Source: Deltaproteobacteria bacterium (GTDB lineage Bacteria > Myxococcota_A > UBA9160 > SMWR01). From it: a stretch of DNA of 64,000 nucleotides. A program made the position numbers and the translations under genes. Positions 1 to 9,790 of this stretch are shown one piece after another. The stretch is from positions 1-64,000 of the forward strand of contig JAQBGU010000135.1 in NCBI GenBank assembly GCA_032128375.1. Reading direction: 5' to 3'. The number at the start of each line of letters is the position of its first letter. Position 1 is the first letter of the stretch. The notes under the pieces are model-generated. The model did not search any database, had not been told where the DNA came from, and was given only the letters and a program-made list of their open reading frames with translations.

Positions 1-325
1 AGCCACCCGCGCCGACGTGCGCAGCGGCCTCCACGTACCTGCCGTAGAGGTCGCTGATGTCACGCACTCCCGAGAACGTGCCCGTGCCGCCGGTCACCGA
101 AAACGTGCCGAACGTCACACCGCCGCCGCGGGCACTGAGCCGCACGTTGGCAGACTGGCCGCCGGTGCAGGTGATGCGCCCGGTCCCCTCAGACGTCTTG
201 TAGAACACGGACCAGCCCTCGAGATCGTACGAGATCCGGCACTTCGTGAGTTGGGCCGAGGCCACCGGCCCGGCGAGTAACACCGACGCGCTGATTGACA
301 CTGCGAACGCGACGAATCGTCGCAT
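1..325 (-). CDS. Secreted conserved hypothetical protein, partial (runs off the window start; not in the ORF track)
   Basis: ATG at 325 with a GGGAGA RBS. Translation MRRFVAFAVSISASVLLAGPVASA-QLTKCRISYDLEGWSVFYKTSEGTGRITCTGGQSANVRLSARGGGVTFG... shows a signal peptide and a beta-rich Gly-rich domain with two Cys. The frame is open to the edge. Confidence 0.8.
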   Translation of the reverse strand, partial: MRRFVAFAVSISASVLLAGPVASAQLTKCRISYDLEGWSVFYKTSEGTGRITCTGGQSANVRLSARGGGVTFGTFSVTGGTGTFSGVRDISDLYGRYVEAAAHVGAGG

Positions 326-467
326 GTTGGTTCTCCCATGGCAGACTACTGTCCCGTCTGATCGGAGGGACGGCGCAATTCAATGAGCCAATCTGCATCA
401 CCGCGAAAACATTCTGCGCGAGGGCCGATTGCACCGATTTGTCGAGCCATCGTTGCCCGCCGATCAT

Positions 468-831
468 TGGGAGCAGCACTTTGGTTTCGCGGCGATTCCG
501 ACCAATGACCTGGCTGCAAACAGCGCCTGGCAGCTGATCAGCGCGTTGACGCTGAACCTGATGCGATCCTTTCAGATCACCGTAGGTGCCGAACCGAGAC
601 GGCGAACGTGGAAGCGGACCTTCGACTAGGTCTTCCAGTCGATGCAGACACTGCGTTTCGAGCTGATTCAGCAGCCGGTCCGACTCATACGCCCTCAGGG
701 TCGTCGAGAATTGCGATTTGCGGCCAGCCGACCCGGCCGCCGGCGCATCGAGGCGGTCGATCGCTACTTACAACGCACCGCTTGACTCGCTCGTCAACAC
801 TCTGGCGGGTCAATTTATTCGCGGATCAGGG
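468..831 (+). mobile_element. IS1380-like transposase 3' remnant with right end (pseudogene)
   Basis: Frame reads QHFGFAAIPTNDLAANSAWQLISALTLNLMRSF...TFD*VFQSMQTLRFELIQQPVRLIRPQGRRELRF (internal TAG 627-629, stop 783-785), resembling an IS1380-family DDE C-terminus. It ends in TTTATTCGCGGATCAGGG (814-831), a plausible terminal inverted repeat. The 5' part is absent. Confidence 0.65.
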
Positions 832-1140
832 CTAGCTTCGTCGTCGAGCCGATGGCGAGGACGACCTACGTCGAATCCACACCAAAGCACCAGCGCACAG
901 AAAGCCAACCAGAAGCGAGTTTCCGATTATCGAAAGGGACGGCGCGACGTTGACTGAGTTGCCCAGAAAACCGAGATCCGTCGAATAGTTGCTGACGGTC
1001 CCGAGCACTGTCCCGTTGGTGTCGCCTGCGAAATCCCCAGAGTCGAGATACTCGACGATAGCCCCACCTTGTTTCACCGCGTTACCGAGTGTCGAATTTG
1101 AAAAAGCCGACTGCGTTCGCGAACCCAGCGATTCAAGCGG
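832..1140 (-). pseudogene. C-terminal fragment of a surface protein with an IPTL-CTERM/PEP-CTERM-like sorting tail
   Basis: Ends ...NSVNVAPSLSIIGNSLLVGFLCAGALVWIRRRSS: Pro-Ser-Leu-Ser motif, TM helix, Arg cluster. The upstream region is S/T/G/N-rich with no convincing start or signal peptide. The 5' boundary is approximate. Confidence 0.45.
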
Positions 1141-1429
1141 AGGGCTTGCGAGGCCCGGGAATGTGGAACGTTGTGGGTGTGCCGCGCGTGGATTTGTTAG
1201 CGATTTCGGTACGCGGGGGATTGCATGGAGAATTGTTCTCTCGTGTGTAGTCCCGTGGTGCGCTCGATCGAGGTTCGCGTAGCTCTCGGCTTCGTGTAAT
1301 GCCCGAGGCTCTTGGCGTCACCTTACGCGGTGTTACAAGGATCGCTGATCCTCGTCAAGCTTGAGGCGAGGTTGTGGCCGAAGCTTCACATCCGCTCCCG
1401 AGAAACTTTTTCTTTGGGTTCGATTCCGG

Positions 1430-1660
1430 TCGCATCCGACGCCCACCCGCGTTGCGATCAGCAGGCTGTGCCCGGATTTCTGCAGGCGGAGGATGCGGGC
1501 ACGTTGGCCTGCATCAGTAGCGGGCGGCCTGCCGAATCGCTTCCCTCGCTTTCTGGCCAGGTCGAGCCCGGCCTGAGTGCGCTCGCGAATCGGGTCGCGC
1601 TCGAATTCGGCCATCAATTCCACTGAGCACTCCCAGCTGGGATGCGCAAGCTCGGCTGGT
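1430..1660 (-). pseudogene. Serine recombinase (resolvase/invertase) C-terminal fragment
   Basis: LMAEFERDPIRERTQAGLDLARKRGKRFGRPP...ILRLQKSGHS..IATRVGVG matches helix E, GRP arm and HTH of the Hin/Tn3-resolvase family. The catalytic N-terminal domain is missing. Boundaries are approximate. Confidence 0.75.
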
Positions 1661-1947
1661 GGTCCACATTGCGACGCATGCCTTCCTCTTCCCGACTTCA
1701 GACGAACCGACTCACCCGTCGCGGGTGGGGGCGATGCGAGCCTGAGCGGGCGGGTCACCCTCTGGTCCAGGGGTGTCAGTCGAGCCCGCCGCTGCTGCGC
1801 TCGGGGCACTGCACAGGGGGCGCATCGTCCGTCGTGGAGTTCGCGTGCGGTGCTACACTCTGATCTCAGCGGATTCCAGTGCGGGTCTGTCGGCGCTGGG
1901 CCGTGGTAAGGACGGGGACGAATTGCGCTCCAACCATCGGTAGCGCC

Positions 1948-3855
1948 ATGTCGGGAGCGCGGCCTTTGGGCCTACCGCATCAACCCGGTCTCGACGGCCT
2001 TCGCGGCGTAGCGCTGCTCGGCGTGCTGGCTTTTCATTCGCAGTTCTCGTGGGCGGTCGGCGGCTATCTCGGCGTCTCGACGTTCTTCACGCTGTCGGGC
2101 TTTCTCATTACCGGACTGCTGCTCGGTGAGTGGCGGCGCGGGGAGCGGATCGATGTCGCGGTCTTTTGGGCCCGGCGTTTCCGACGGCTGACGCCCGCTG
2201 CGCTGCTCGCGCTGGCAGGCATCGTGCTGTTCGCGGTCGCGATCGGCACGCCGAATCAACTCGCGGCGCTTCCTGGAGATGTGCTGTCGTGTCTGAGCTT
2301 CGCCACGAACTGGTGGTTGCTGACCACGTCGTATTCCTACGCGCAGATCTTCGACGCACCGTCGCCCGTTCAACACTTTTGGTCGCTCGCCATCGAAGGG
2401 CAGTTCTACCTGGTGTTTCCGTTCGCCTTATCCGGCCTGCTGGCGATCGCTGGCGGATCGCGGCTCGTCATCGGCGGCGTGCTGGCGGCGTTGCTAGCAG
2501 GGTCGCTAGCCACCGGATTTATTCTCGATGCAGCGGGCGCCGAAACCGATCGCATCTATTACGGAAGCGACACACGCGCAGCCGAGTTGCTGCTCGGGTC
2601 CCTTGTGGCGGTGGGGTGGCGGCCCGAGCCGGGTAGAGCCGCGGGTCGCGGGACTCGGCGAGCGTGGGATGTGTTAGGAGTCGGCGCCTTCGTCGCGCTG
2701 CTGTGGCTCTGGTCGACGCTGCCGTTGACCTCCAGGTGGCTCTACCAGGGCGGATTCGGCTTGAATGCCGCTCTTTCCGCTGTTGTGATGATCGCAGCCA
2801 TGCAGCGGACCGGCCCGATGCGCACGCTGTTGGCTTGGAGGGCGCTGCGTTGGATCGGTCGCGTGTCGTACGGCGGCTATCTGTATCACTGGCCGGTCTA
2901 TTTGTGGCTATCACCCGAGCGCACGAACCTCGGCGACGGTCCGTTGTTCGCGTTGCGCCTGGCATTCACCCTCGGACTCGCGGCAGTCTCGTACGAGTTC
3001 TTCGAGAAAGCGATTCGCGTCGGCGGTGTACTCCGCGGTCGCACGGCGGCAGCGGCTTGGCTGGCAAGTGCCGCTTTGGTGTTGGCCGCAGCGTTCTCGG
3101 TCTCCGAATCAGCGCCCGACGTCGCGGTCGACCTGCGCCGCTCTCTCGCCTTGCCGAATGTTCCGTACGACCAACGAGAGGATGGAGACGGCCCGCGAAT
3201 CGCCATTTTCGGCGACTCGGTGGCTATGCAGCTGAGCGGTGGCCTGGCCAACTGGACCACAGAGACCGGCGACGCCGGCTTCGCTGGGATGAATTGTACC
3301 CTGGCGTGTGGTTTGGCGCGAAATGGAATCATCCGGATCAAGGGAATGGACCATCGCCAGCGCCGGATCTGCCGCGAGTGGGAGAAGAATTGGCGCGAAA
3401 CGCTCGAGACGGTCCGTCCCGACCTCGCGATCGTGCTGACCGGCTTTCACGACGTGGCACCCCGCAAGCTTCCGGGCGACGAAAACTGGCGGGTGCTGGG
3501 CGATCCTGTTCTCGATGAGTATCTGCGCAGCGAGATGCTGGCGGCTGTGGATCTGCTCTCCTCTCACGGAGCACTCGTCGTATGGCTGACTCATCCGCCG
3601 ATGGACGTGAAGAGCGAACCCGGGCACGCCGGCGCCGTCAAACGCTTCAACGAACTCGTGCGCGAACTCGCGCACGACCGACCGGACACTGCAAGCGTTG
3701 TGGACCTGGGCGCCTATGTGGGCAGTCGTTCGGAGATGATCGGGACCGACGGCGTCCACTTTGCACCCGGCAAGGCAGACGCGATCTTTCGCGCCTGGCT
3801 CGGACCACAACTTCTCGCCGCGTGGCAGGCCGCGCGTCCCAAGCTAGCGCTGTAG
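1948..3855 (+). CDS. Acyltransferase_3 + SGNH domain O-acyltransferase (OafA/OatA/YrhL-like)
   Basis: LDGLRGVA, FFTLSGFLIT, RRFRRL, HFWSLAIEGQFY, SYGGYLYHWP; about 11 TM helices; C-terminal GDS...DGVH SGNH motifs. Start moved to ATG 1948. Confidence 0.9.
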   Translation: MSGARPLGLPHQPGLDGLRGVALLGVLAFHSQFSWAVGGYLGVSTFFTLSGFLITGLLLGEWRRGERIDVAVFWARRFRRLTPAALLALAGIVLFAVAIGTPNQLAALPGDVLSCLSFATNWWLLTTSYSYAQIFDAPSPVQHFWSLAIEGQFYLVFPFALSGLLAIAGGSRLVIGGVLAALLAGSLATGFILDAAGAETDRIYYGSDTRAAELLLGSLVAVGWRPEPGRAAGRGTRRAWDVLGVGAFVALLWLWSTLPLTSRWLYQGGFGLNAALSAVVMIAAMQRTGPMRTLLAWRALRWIGRVSYGGYLYHWPVYLWLSPERTNLGDGPLFALRLAFTLGLAAVSYEFFEKAIRVGGVLRGRTAAAAWLASAALVLAAAFSVSESAPDVAVDLRRSLALPNVPYDQREDGDGPRIAIFGDSVAMQLSGGLANWTTETGDAGFAGMNCTLACGLARNGIIRIKGMDHRQRRICREWEKNWRETLETVRPDLAIVLTGFHDVAPRKLPGDENWRVLGDPVLDEYLRSEMLAAVDLLSSHGALVVWLTHPPMDVKSEPGHAGAVKRFNELVRELAHDRPDTASVVDLGAYVGSRSEMIGTDGVHFAPGKADAIFRAWLGPQLLAAWQAARPKLAL

Positions 3856-4033
3856 CGCCGCAACATGCTTTCGGCTGATCCCGGTCCCCTTCGACATCGC
3901 CAGGGCGACGCGAGCGTCACCCCCCGCGACGGTATCTGGAGCGGCTCTGAGCGCCGACTCAGCGAGTGGGTCTCGCCCATTGGCACCCTCAGACTTCCAA
4001 CGAAATTGAGTCGCTGTCCTTGAAAGACGGAGC

Positions 4034-5794
4034 TTGGAACAATTGAGAAGGTTTTTTGAAGACCGAAATTTTGTATCCATAGTCGGCGCGGCCTTTCTAT
4101 TGGGACTTGTCTTGCGACTTCGCCTCTTGGGCGAGCAGGTCCTCCTCGATGATGAATGGCACACGCTTTCGTTCGTACTGAACCGATCGCTGGTCGGCGT
4201 ACTCTCCCAATTTTCTGTACCCAGCGGGTTCACCTCGATTCCCCTCAACCTCTATGCGTGGCTGTTGCTGCGGACCGTTGGTTGGTCTGAGATCCTGTTG
4301 CGCTTACCCCTGCTCGGCCTCGGCCTGCTCTTACTGTTGCTCGGGCCTTCCTTGGCACGGCCCATTATTGGCCGACGGTCGGCAGGACTATTCGCGATCT
4401 TCATCGCGATCTCGCCACTGCTTGTTTTCTATTCCCGACTTGCGCGTCCGTACAGCGCGGTGGCCTGTCTCGGCTTCCTGAGCATCATCGCCGCAGCGCG
4501 CTGGCTGCAGGCAGGCAAACTCCGCGATGGCATCGCCTATGCGGCCTGCGGCCTCTTGACCATCTACTGGCACCCCTTCGCAGGCATCACGATTGCGACC
4601 CTGGGCGCTTCGGTTTGGGTCGCCGCCGTCGTTGGGGCCGTTCGATCCGATCGTGAAACGCCCGAGGTCCTGTCCTGGGTTCAGGTCACAGGCGTACTCG
4701 CCGGCGCGACAATCGCGGGCACGCTGCTGCTGCTGCCAGCACTTCTGGAATCTTTGCAGACCTCGATGAGCCACGTTGCGGGCCAGAGCACGCCACAGCT
4801 CGCGAGCTGGGGTCGGTTGTCAGAGCTGTTCTGCGGGACCACTAGCATCCCGCTGCGTCTTGCCTTGGCGACCCTTGCCGGCACCGGAATCGTCCGACTC
4901 GTGCGAACGCATCGCTGGCTCGGCGTCACGCTGGTCGCCCTGATCCCCCTACAAGTGCTGGTGTTGATCGTGATGGGCCCCCACTCCAGCCATGTCGGCA
5001 TCATTCTCGCGCGTTACAGCATCATATTGCTGCCGGTCTTTCTCATGCTGACCGCGCACGGCCTCGCTGCAGCGCTCAATGCCGTGTCGGATCACACGCC
5101 CTTGCCGTCCGCAGCACAGACGTTCATCGCCGCGAGCGTGATCCTGGTTCTGCTGCTGACCGGCCCGCTTCCCCGAACCTGGCAGAGCCCCAACAATTTC
5201 ATCAATCACGGCGTCTACCAACACGACTACGAGAGCATCGATTGGAGCCATTCGTTCGCGAGCGAGTTCGCCCCGAAAGACTACCCGCTCGAAACGAGAA
5301 TCCGCGCCGGCGAGCTGTCGAGCTTCTATGCTTTTCTACAGAATCATCCGAGCCAGCGTCCACTCGTCGAGTACCCGACGATGATCGGTGACCACTTCAA
5401 TCCGCACTACTTCAGCCAGTGGTTTCATGAGCGGCCTGTGCTGCTCGGCTACGCCGTCGGATTCATCCAATCGACTCCGCTGCCGGGCGGTGGCGTCTAT
5501 GGCAATACCTACATCGACGATGTCCTCAATCTCGTCGCCAATCCTTCGGCCCTGCACTTTCGCAATCATATCTCCATGACCCATTTCGATCGGATGCGGT
5601 CGCAGAATGTGGAATACATCGTCATGCACAAAGTTTTCGAGGCCGAGTTCTCAATGCTGGCCCCGCCGCCGGCGTCCATGTCGCCACTGCTCGAGCTGTA
5701 CCGCGAAACCTGTCATCTCGTTTTCGAAGATGCATTCATTTGGGTTTTCAGTTTGGATCCCGTTTCGGCTCTGACCCCGCCACGGAGCGGTTAG
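4034..5794 (+). CDS. GT-C fold membrane glycosyltransferase (PMT/ArnT-like)
   Basis: Acidic LLDDEW motif after the first TM, SEILLRLP, FYSRLARPYS, RY motif; many TM helices and a periplasmic C-terminal domain. Confidence 0.75.
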   Translation: MEQLRRFFEDRNFVSIVGAAFLLGLVLRLRLLGEQVLLDDEWHTLSFVLNRSLVGVLSQFSVPSGFTSIPLNLYAWLLLRTVGWSEILLRLPLLGLGLLLLLLGPSLARPIIGRRSAGLFAIFIAISPLLVFYSRLARPYSAVACLGFLSIIAAARWLQAGKLRDGIAYAACGLLTIYWHPFAGITIATLGASVWVAAVVGAVRSDRETPEVLSWVQVTGVLAGATIAGTLLLLPALLESLQTSMSHVAGQSTPQLASWGRLSELFCGTTSIPLRLALATLAGTGIVRLVRTHRWLGVTLVALIPLQVLVLIVMGPHSSHVGIILARYSIILLPVFLMLTAHGLAAALNAVSDHTPLPSAAQTFIAASVILVLLLTGPLPRTWQSPNNFINHGVYQHDYESIDWSHSFASEFAPKDYPLETRIRAGELSSFYAFLQNHPSQRPLVEYPTMIGDHFNPHYFSQWFHERPVLLGYAVGFIQSTPLPGGGVYGNTYIDDVLNLVANPSALHFRNHISMTHFDRMRSQNVEYIVMHKVFEAEFSMLAPPPASMSPLLELYRETCHLVFEDAFIWVFSLDPVSALTPPRSG

Positions 5795-6154
5795 ACGTCG
5801 TCCCGCGCCCGAGCCTGTCCGTCGATCATCATCGAAGCGAGCAGCGAACCGGGTACGAACTGACGAGAACGCGTCTTTTCCCCACGCACGCGCGGCGCCC
5901 CGATCCCATTGAATCGACCTGAGGAAGGCGAGCGTCTTCTGCACCGCATCTTCGACGACGTCTTGGACACTGCGATCGCGGGCGACTCACGTTTGCTCCT
6001 CGAGATCTGCCGGTTTCTTCAGTACCCGCTCGATGAACCGCGAGAATGGACGAACGCGAATTCGTTGGCGCTGCTTTCAGACGGACGCTGGTTGATCCGT
6101 TATCGGTTGACGAGCTGCCCACAGGAGAAGAGGGCGGTTGAGTACCATGAGCGG

Positions 6155-6886
6155 ATGGAAACAGCACCCTCGACGATTCCGCTACTGAATCTGCTCGCCG
6201 CCTTCGCACCCAGCCTGGTTCTATTTGCGATCATGTACCGCTGGTCGCTGAACGTGAGGTCCGCGGTATACGCGAATACGCGGATGCTCGCCCAACTTCT
6301 CGGCGTGGGATACGTACTCACGGCTGTTTTCGAGACTGACGAGCCGCTCGTCGTAGTCGCAGTACTGGTGATGATGACCGCCGTTTCGAGCTGGATTGCA
6401 CTGAGACCGCTACACCAGAGTGGGATGCGCCCTTATTCCCAGGTACTGGTCGCCATCTCGGCCAGCGGCGTCGTCATGCTCGCGATCGTGACCCAGCTCG
6501 TGCTCGACCTTCCGCGCTGGTTCGAACCACACATCGTGGTGCCCCTTGCCGGGATGATCTTCGCCAACGCGATGAACACCGTGAGCTTGTCGGCCGAGCG
6601 TTTCGAGGCCGAACTCGATCGCGATGCCGATCCGCTCGTGGCGCGGCGCACGGCACTCGATGCAGCGCTCATTCCACAAATCAACGGCTTGCTCGCCGTG
6701 GGCCTGGTCTCGCTTCCCGGCATGATGACCGGCCAGATTCTCTCCGGTGTCGACCCGCTGGTGGCCGTCCGGTACCAGATCATGGTGATGTGCATGGTGT
6801 TCGGTTCCGGCGGACTCGGCGCGGCTCTGTATCTGCAGCTTCACGGCGGATCGAGGTCGCTCCGCGGCAGGCGGCCGCCGCACTGA
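6155..6886 (+). CDS. fetB: ABC transporter permease, FetB/YbbM (UPF0014) family
   Basis: RMLAQLLGVGYVL, VPLAGMIFANAMN, GLVSLPGMMTGQILSGVDPLVAVRYQIMVM. Start moved to ATG 6155. No ATPase partner is adjacent. Confidence 0.85.
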   Translation: METAPSTIPLLNLLAAFAPSLVLFAIMYRWSLNVRSAVYANTRMLAQLLGVGYVLTAVFETDEPLVVVAVLVMMTAVSSWIALRPLHQSGMRPYSQVLVAISASGVVMLAIVTQLVLDLPRWFEPHIVVPLAGMIFANAMNTVSLSAERFEAELDRDADPLVARRTALDAALIPQINGLLAVGLVSLPGMMTGQILSGVDPLVAVRYQIMVMCMVFGSGGLGAALYLQLHGGSRSLRGRRPPH

Positions 6887-6974
6887 ACTCGGGGCAGTTC
6901 GTTTCCAGAGGTTCTCTCGGTGAGAACGTTCAACTGGCACTGGCTGGAGATCCCTCTACCGACGACTCAACCCG

Positions 6975-7448
6975 CTACATATACTCCGACAGCGCCTCAC
7001 CAATCACCTCGGGGGTCACCTGCGGTCCGAACCGCTCGACGGCGGTTCCAGACTTGTCGACGAGAAACTTGGTGAAGTTCCATGCGATGTCTTGCTTGCC
7101 TTCTTCGTCCGGCAGCGTTGACGTCAGGTATTTGTAGAGATCGCAGGCAGCATCGCCGTTGACCTCGATCTTCGAGAACAGCGGAAAGTCGACGCCGTAC
7201 TTGGAAGTGGCAAACTCGAGAATTTCTTTGTCGGTTCCGGGCTCCTGGGCACCGAATTGGTTACACGGAAAACCCAGAACGGTGAGGCCATCGCGGTTCT
7301 TGTGAAGTGTATGCAGACCTGCATACTGGGGAGTGAGGCCTCATTGACTCGCGACGTTGACGACCAGGCAGAACTGGTTCTGATAATCCGACAATCTTAC
7401 GGATTCTCCCTGGATCGAAGTCATCTCGAATTCGTGCATATTCGCCAT
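6975..7448 (-). CDS. gpx: Selenocysteine-containing glutathione peroxidase (157 aa, Sec36)
   Basis: GGAGG RBS and ATG 7448. Translation MANMHEFEMTSIQGESVRLSDYQNQFCLVVNVASQ-U(TGA 7343-7341)-GLTPQYAGL...LGFPCNQFGAQEPG...IAWNFTKFLVD...EYM, then TAG 6977-6975. All three GPx signature blocks are intact and the TGA falls at the catalytic residue. Confidence 0.92.
7309..7326 (-). promoter_or_regulatory. Bacterial SECIS element of gpx
   Basis: Hairpin GUAUGCA-GGUC-UGCAUAC begins 15 nt after the in-frame UGA. Its core UGCAGGUCUGCA matches the apical stem-loop I recall for the E. coli fdhF SECIS. Confidence 0.8.
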
Positions 7449-7516
7449 AGGAATTTCCCTCCGGTAGATGAACCGACGATAGGATCCAGGTCATGGGTGG
7501 GCAACCCGAAGCCGCG

Positions 7517-7824
7517 GTGAATATCACCGCGAGCGATCGAACGGATTGGCGGGAACGCTTGCTCGCGCGCCTGGAGGCGGGTGGGCGCTATCGCTCCTGG
7601 GTCTTGTTGGCCGCGCTGGCGGGGATGTTCGCTGCGACATTCCCGATCAGCATTCTTGCCGTTTCGCTCGGCACGATCGCACGCGGGCCGGGCTGTCCGC
7701 TGTCGCATTGGTGTTGGCAGCGGTGCTCTTGCGCGAGACCGAACGTCAGCGAGTCCGATTCGATCTGCTCGGCGCGGCGATGCGAGCCTCTGAGCCGGGC
7801 GCCTACTTCGAAAGGACGGAATAA
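7517..7824 (+). pseudogene. MFS (EmrB/QacA-like) transporter remnant with internal deletion and frameshift
   Basis: N-terminal RYRSWVLLAALAGMFAATFPISILAVSLGTIAR is joined out of frame to ..LAAVLLRETERQRVRFDLLGA (DxxG after TM6); the rest is missing. Confidence 0.65.
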
Positions 7825-8735
7825 ATCAGCAGCCCCTGTTGTGTATCTCGGGTGACGCTGATGGTCCGAACGCCGATCGACCGATGGATCCGTGTCCGCC
7901 CACTCGTGTCGGCCGCCACCTGTGAAACCAGTGGTTCGATTCGGCGCTCGAATGCATCCGCGCGGGATCCGAATACGGCCTGGTTGATCCTATGGATCGC
8001 GTGGTTGGCTTTGTCTGGCGCTGTGCGTCGCCTGGGTGCGATCGGAGCGCTCACAGTAATCACTTCGGAGCGTACCACGTAGCGCGTCGTGCCGGAAGTT
8101 GCGATTTGTGCCGGATTGCCGTCGGGCATTTTCCCCGTTCGCCACTGAGTGACGCCCGGGTCCGCCGCGGACAGCGGTGTCCGAAGCCGCCTCACAATGG
8201 CTTTTGCGTCGAAGCTCTGGAAGCTCACGCTGGAATCCGTCTGACCCCGGTCGATCGCAGCGGGTGGGGCGCTCTGCCGGCGACCCCTACCGGCGCCCGT
8301 CGGCCTGGGATTGCGGGCTAGCGCTCGCGCACTGCGCTCGGCTTGCAATGCGTCGACGGCTGGTTTGGGCAGCAGGCTGAGTAAGAATCCAGGCGTTCGC
8401 TCGTAGATTCGCACTTCACCGGGTGGCACCATCGCGCGAGTGATCACCACCACTTCGTCTCGGGAGGTGAAGTACAGGTACAGCTGGTCGCGACTGACGA
8501 TGTGCAGCCACTCCGGCCGGCCCTTACGCGTTACGATGTCGCGGACCGCAGAATCATATTCCAATTCAAGTGCGAGCCGCTGTTCGCCCTCTGGAGTGGC
8601 GGTGGACAGGCTGCGCGCGACTACATCGCCGAGCCTGTAGCCGTGTTGCACGGCGCTGCAACTCGCCAGTGTCGACGCGATGACGAATAGCAGAGCAAGT
8701 TTGATCGAGCCTGCACATGTGAAGCCAGCGCGCAT
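7803..8735 (-). CDS. Hypothetical lipoprotein
   Basis: 310-aa ORF with a hydrophobic N-terminus and lipobox LASC. Confidence 0.65.
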   Translation of the reverse strand: MRAGFTCAGSIKLALLFVIASTLASCSAVQHGYRLGDVVARSLSTATPEGEQRLALELEYDSAVRDIVTRKGRPEWLHIVSRDQLYLYFTSRDEVVVITRAMVPPGEVRIYERTPGFLLSLLPKPAVDALQAERSARALARNPRPTGAGRGRRQSAPPAAIDRGQTDSSVSFQSFDAKAIVRRLRTPLSAADPGVTQWRTGKMPDGNPAQIATSGTTRYVVRSEVITVSAPIAPRRRTAPDKANHAIHRINQAVFGSRADAFERRIEPLVSQVAADTSGRTRIHRSIGVRTISVTRDTQQGLLIYSVLSK

Positions 8736-8963
8736 TTGACCGGACGCCCCCCAGATACTCCTGGGAAGCCCTTCGACACAAAGCTCGCACGGCTTGAAAG
8801 AGGCTGCTCAAATGCGCTTCTACCCCCGAACACTGACCGGATCCGTGGGGATTCAGCTTCACCCCTTGGCTCCTCGAGTCTCGGAGTTTCTCCCGTGTCG
8901 CTCGGCCATGCGGAGTAGTATGGGGTGTAGACCGCCAGTCGATCGCCAAAGGGGGCCAGTCCG

Positions 8964-9659
8964 ATGGGCCGCGAAGTCCAAACGCGTGAACGCCTACTGG
9001 ATGTCGCGGAGCGTCTGTTTTCGGACCAGGGCTATGGAGCAACGTCAGGACGACAGATCACAATTCAAGCTGAAGCGAACATTGCCGCCATCCATTACCA
9101 CTTCGGTGGCAAGAAGGAACTGCTACAGGCGGTGCTGGTCCGTCGGCAGGGCCCAATTACGAATGCGCGACTCGAGCGCCTCGATGCGCTGCAGGCAAGA
9201 CCGGATCATCCGCCCACGGTCGAAGAGATCCTGGCCGCCTTCCTCGAACCCGCTCTTTATCGGGCGCGGCACCCCGATAATCCGACGGCGCGGATCTCGA
9301 AGCTGGTCAGCCGCCTCTTGATCGAGAAGCCAAAAGATCTCGGTGGAATCGTAACGGCTCCGTTCGCCGGCGTGCTCCTTCGTTTTATCGATGCGCTCAG
9401 ACAGGCGCTACCCGGGATCTCGCGACAGGAGATATTCGTTCGCATGTCGATGGTGGTCGGCGTGCTCATCCATATCGCATCCGGGATGCAAGAGGCACCC
9501 ATGCTGCCCGACATCGAGTCGCCGACCTACGATGATGAGGCCGTCTTGAAGCCCGTGATCGCCTTTTTGGCGGCCGGCTTCCGCGCGCCGTCCACAGAGA
9601 AGCCCATCACCATCGATACGCAGTCGCCGCTGGCGAGCGGCTTTGGTGCCGCCGACTAG
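8964..9659 (+). CDS. TetR/AcrR family regulator (PsrA-like)
   Basis: TRERLLDVAERLF..GYGATS.RQIT..AEANIAAIHYHFGGKKELL HTH; C-terminus LIAFLAAGFRAP-like; lies upstream of the acyl-CoA dehydrogenase pair. Confidence 0.9.
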   Translation: MGREVQTRERLLDVAERLFSDQGYGATSGRQITIQAEANIAAIHYHFGGKKELLQAVLVRRQGPITNARLERLDALQARPDHPPTVEEILAAFLEPALYRARHPDNPTARISKLVSRLLIEKPKDLGGIVTAPFAGVLLRFIDALRQALPGISRQEIFVRMSMVVGVLIHIASGMQEAPMLPDIESPTYDDEAVLKPVIAFLAAGFRAPSTEKPITIDTQSPLASGFGAAD

Positions 9660-9790
9660 GCAAGTGGGCCCACTATGGAAGCTCTTCTCGCTGTGTTGCT
9701 ATGGTAAGGTGGACGGCCCAGTACGACTCTTACCAAGCAGCCCCGCCGGCCAAAACGGTTCTTGACAGCTGCGCATCGAGGAAACCACGT

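Noticed and set aside
627..629. In-frame TAG in the transposase fragment as possible pyrrolysine or read-through
   Set aside because: It looks like a TGG-to-TAG nonsense change in an element already missing its 5' part; nothing suggests recoding.
5820..6154. N-terminal extension of the fetB ORF, and TGA 5861 as a second Sec codon
   Set aside because: FetB homology starts near Met 6155. The upstream stretch has no start signal, redox motif or SECIS-like hairpin, and is at most a gene remnant.
6975..7448. gpx as a nonsense pseudogene (it borders an MFS pseudogene)
   Set aside because: The only interruption is a TGA exactly at the catalytic residue, with an adjacent SECIS-like hairpin and an intact RBS and motifs.
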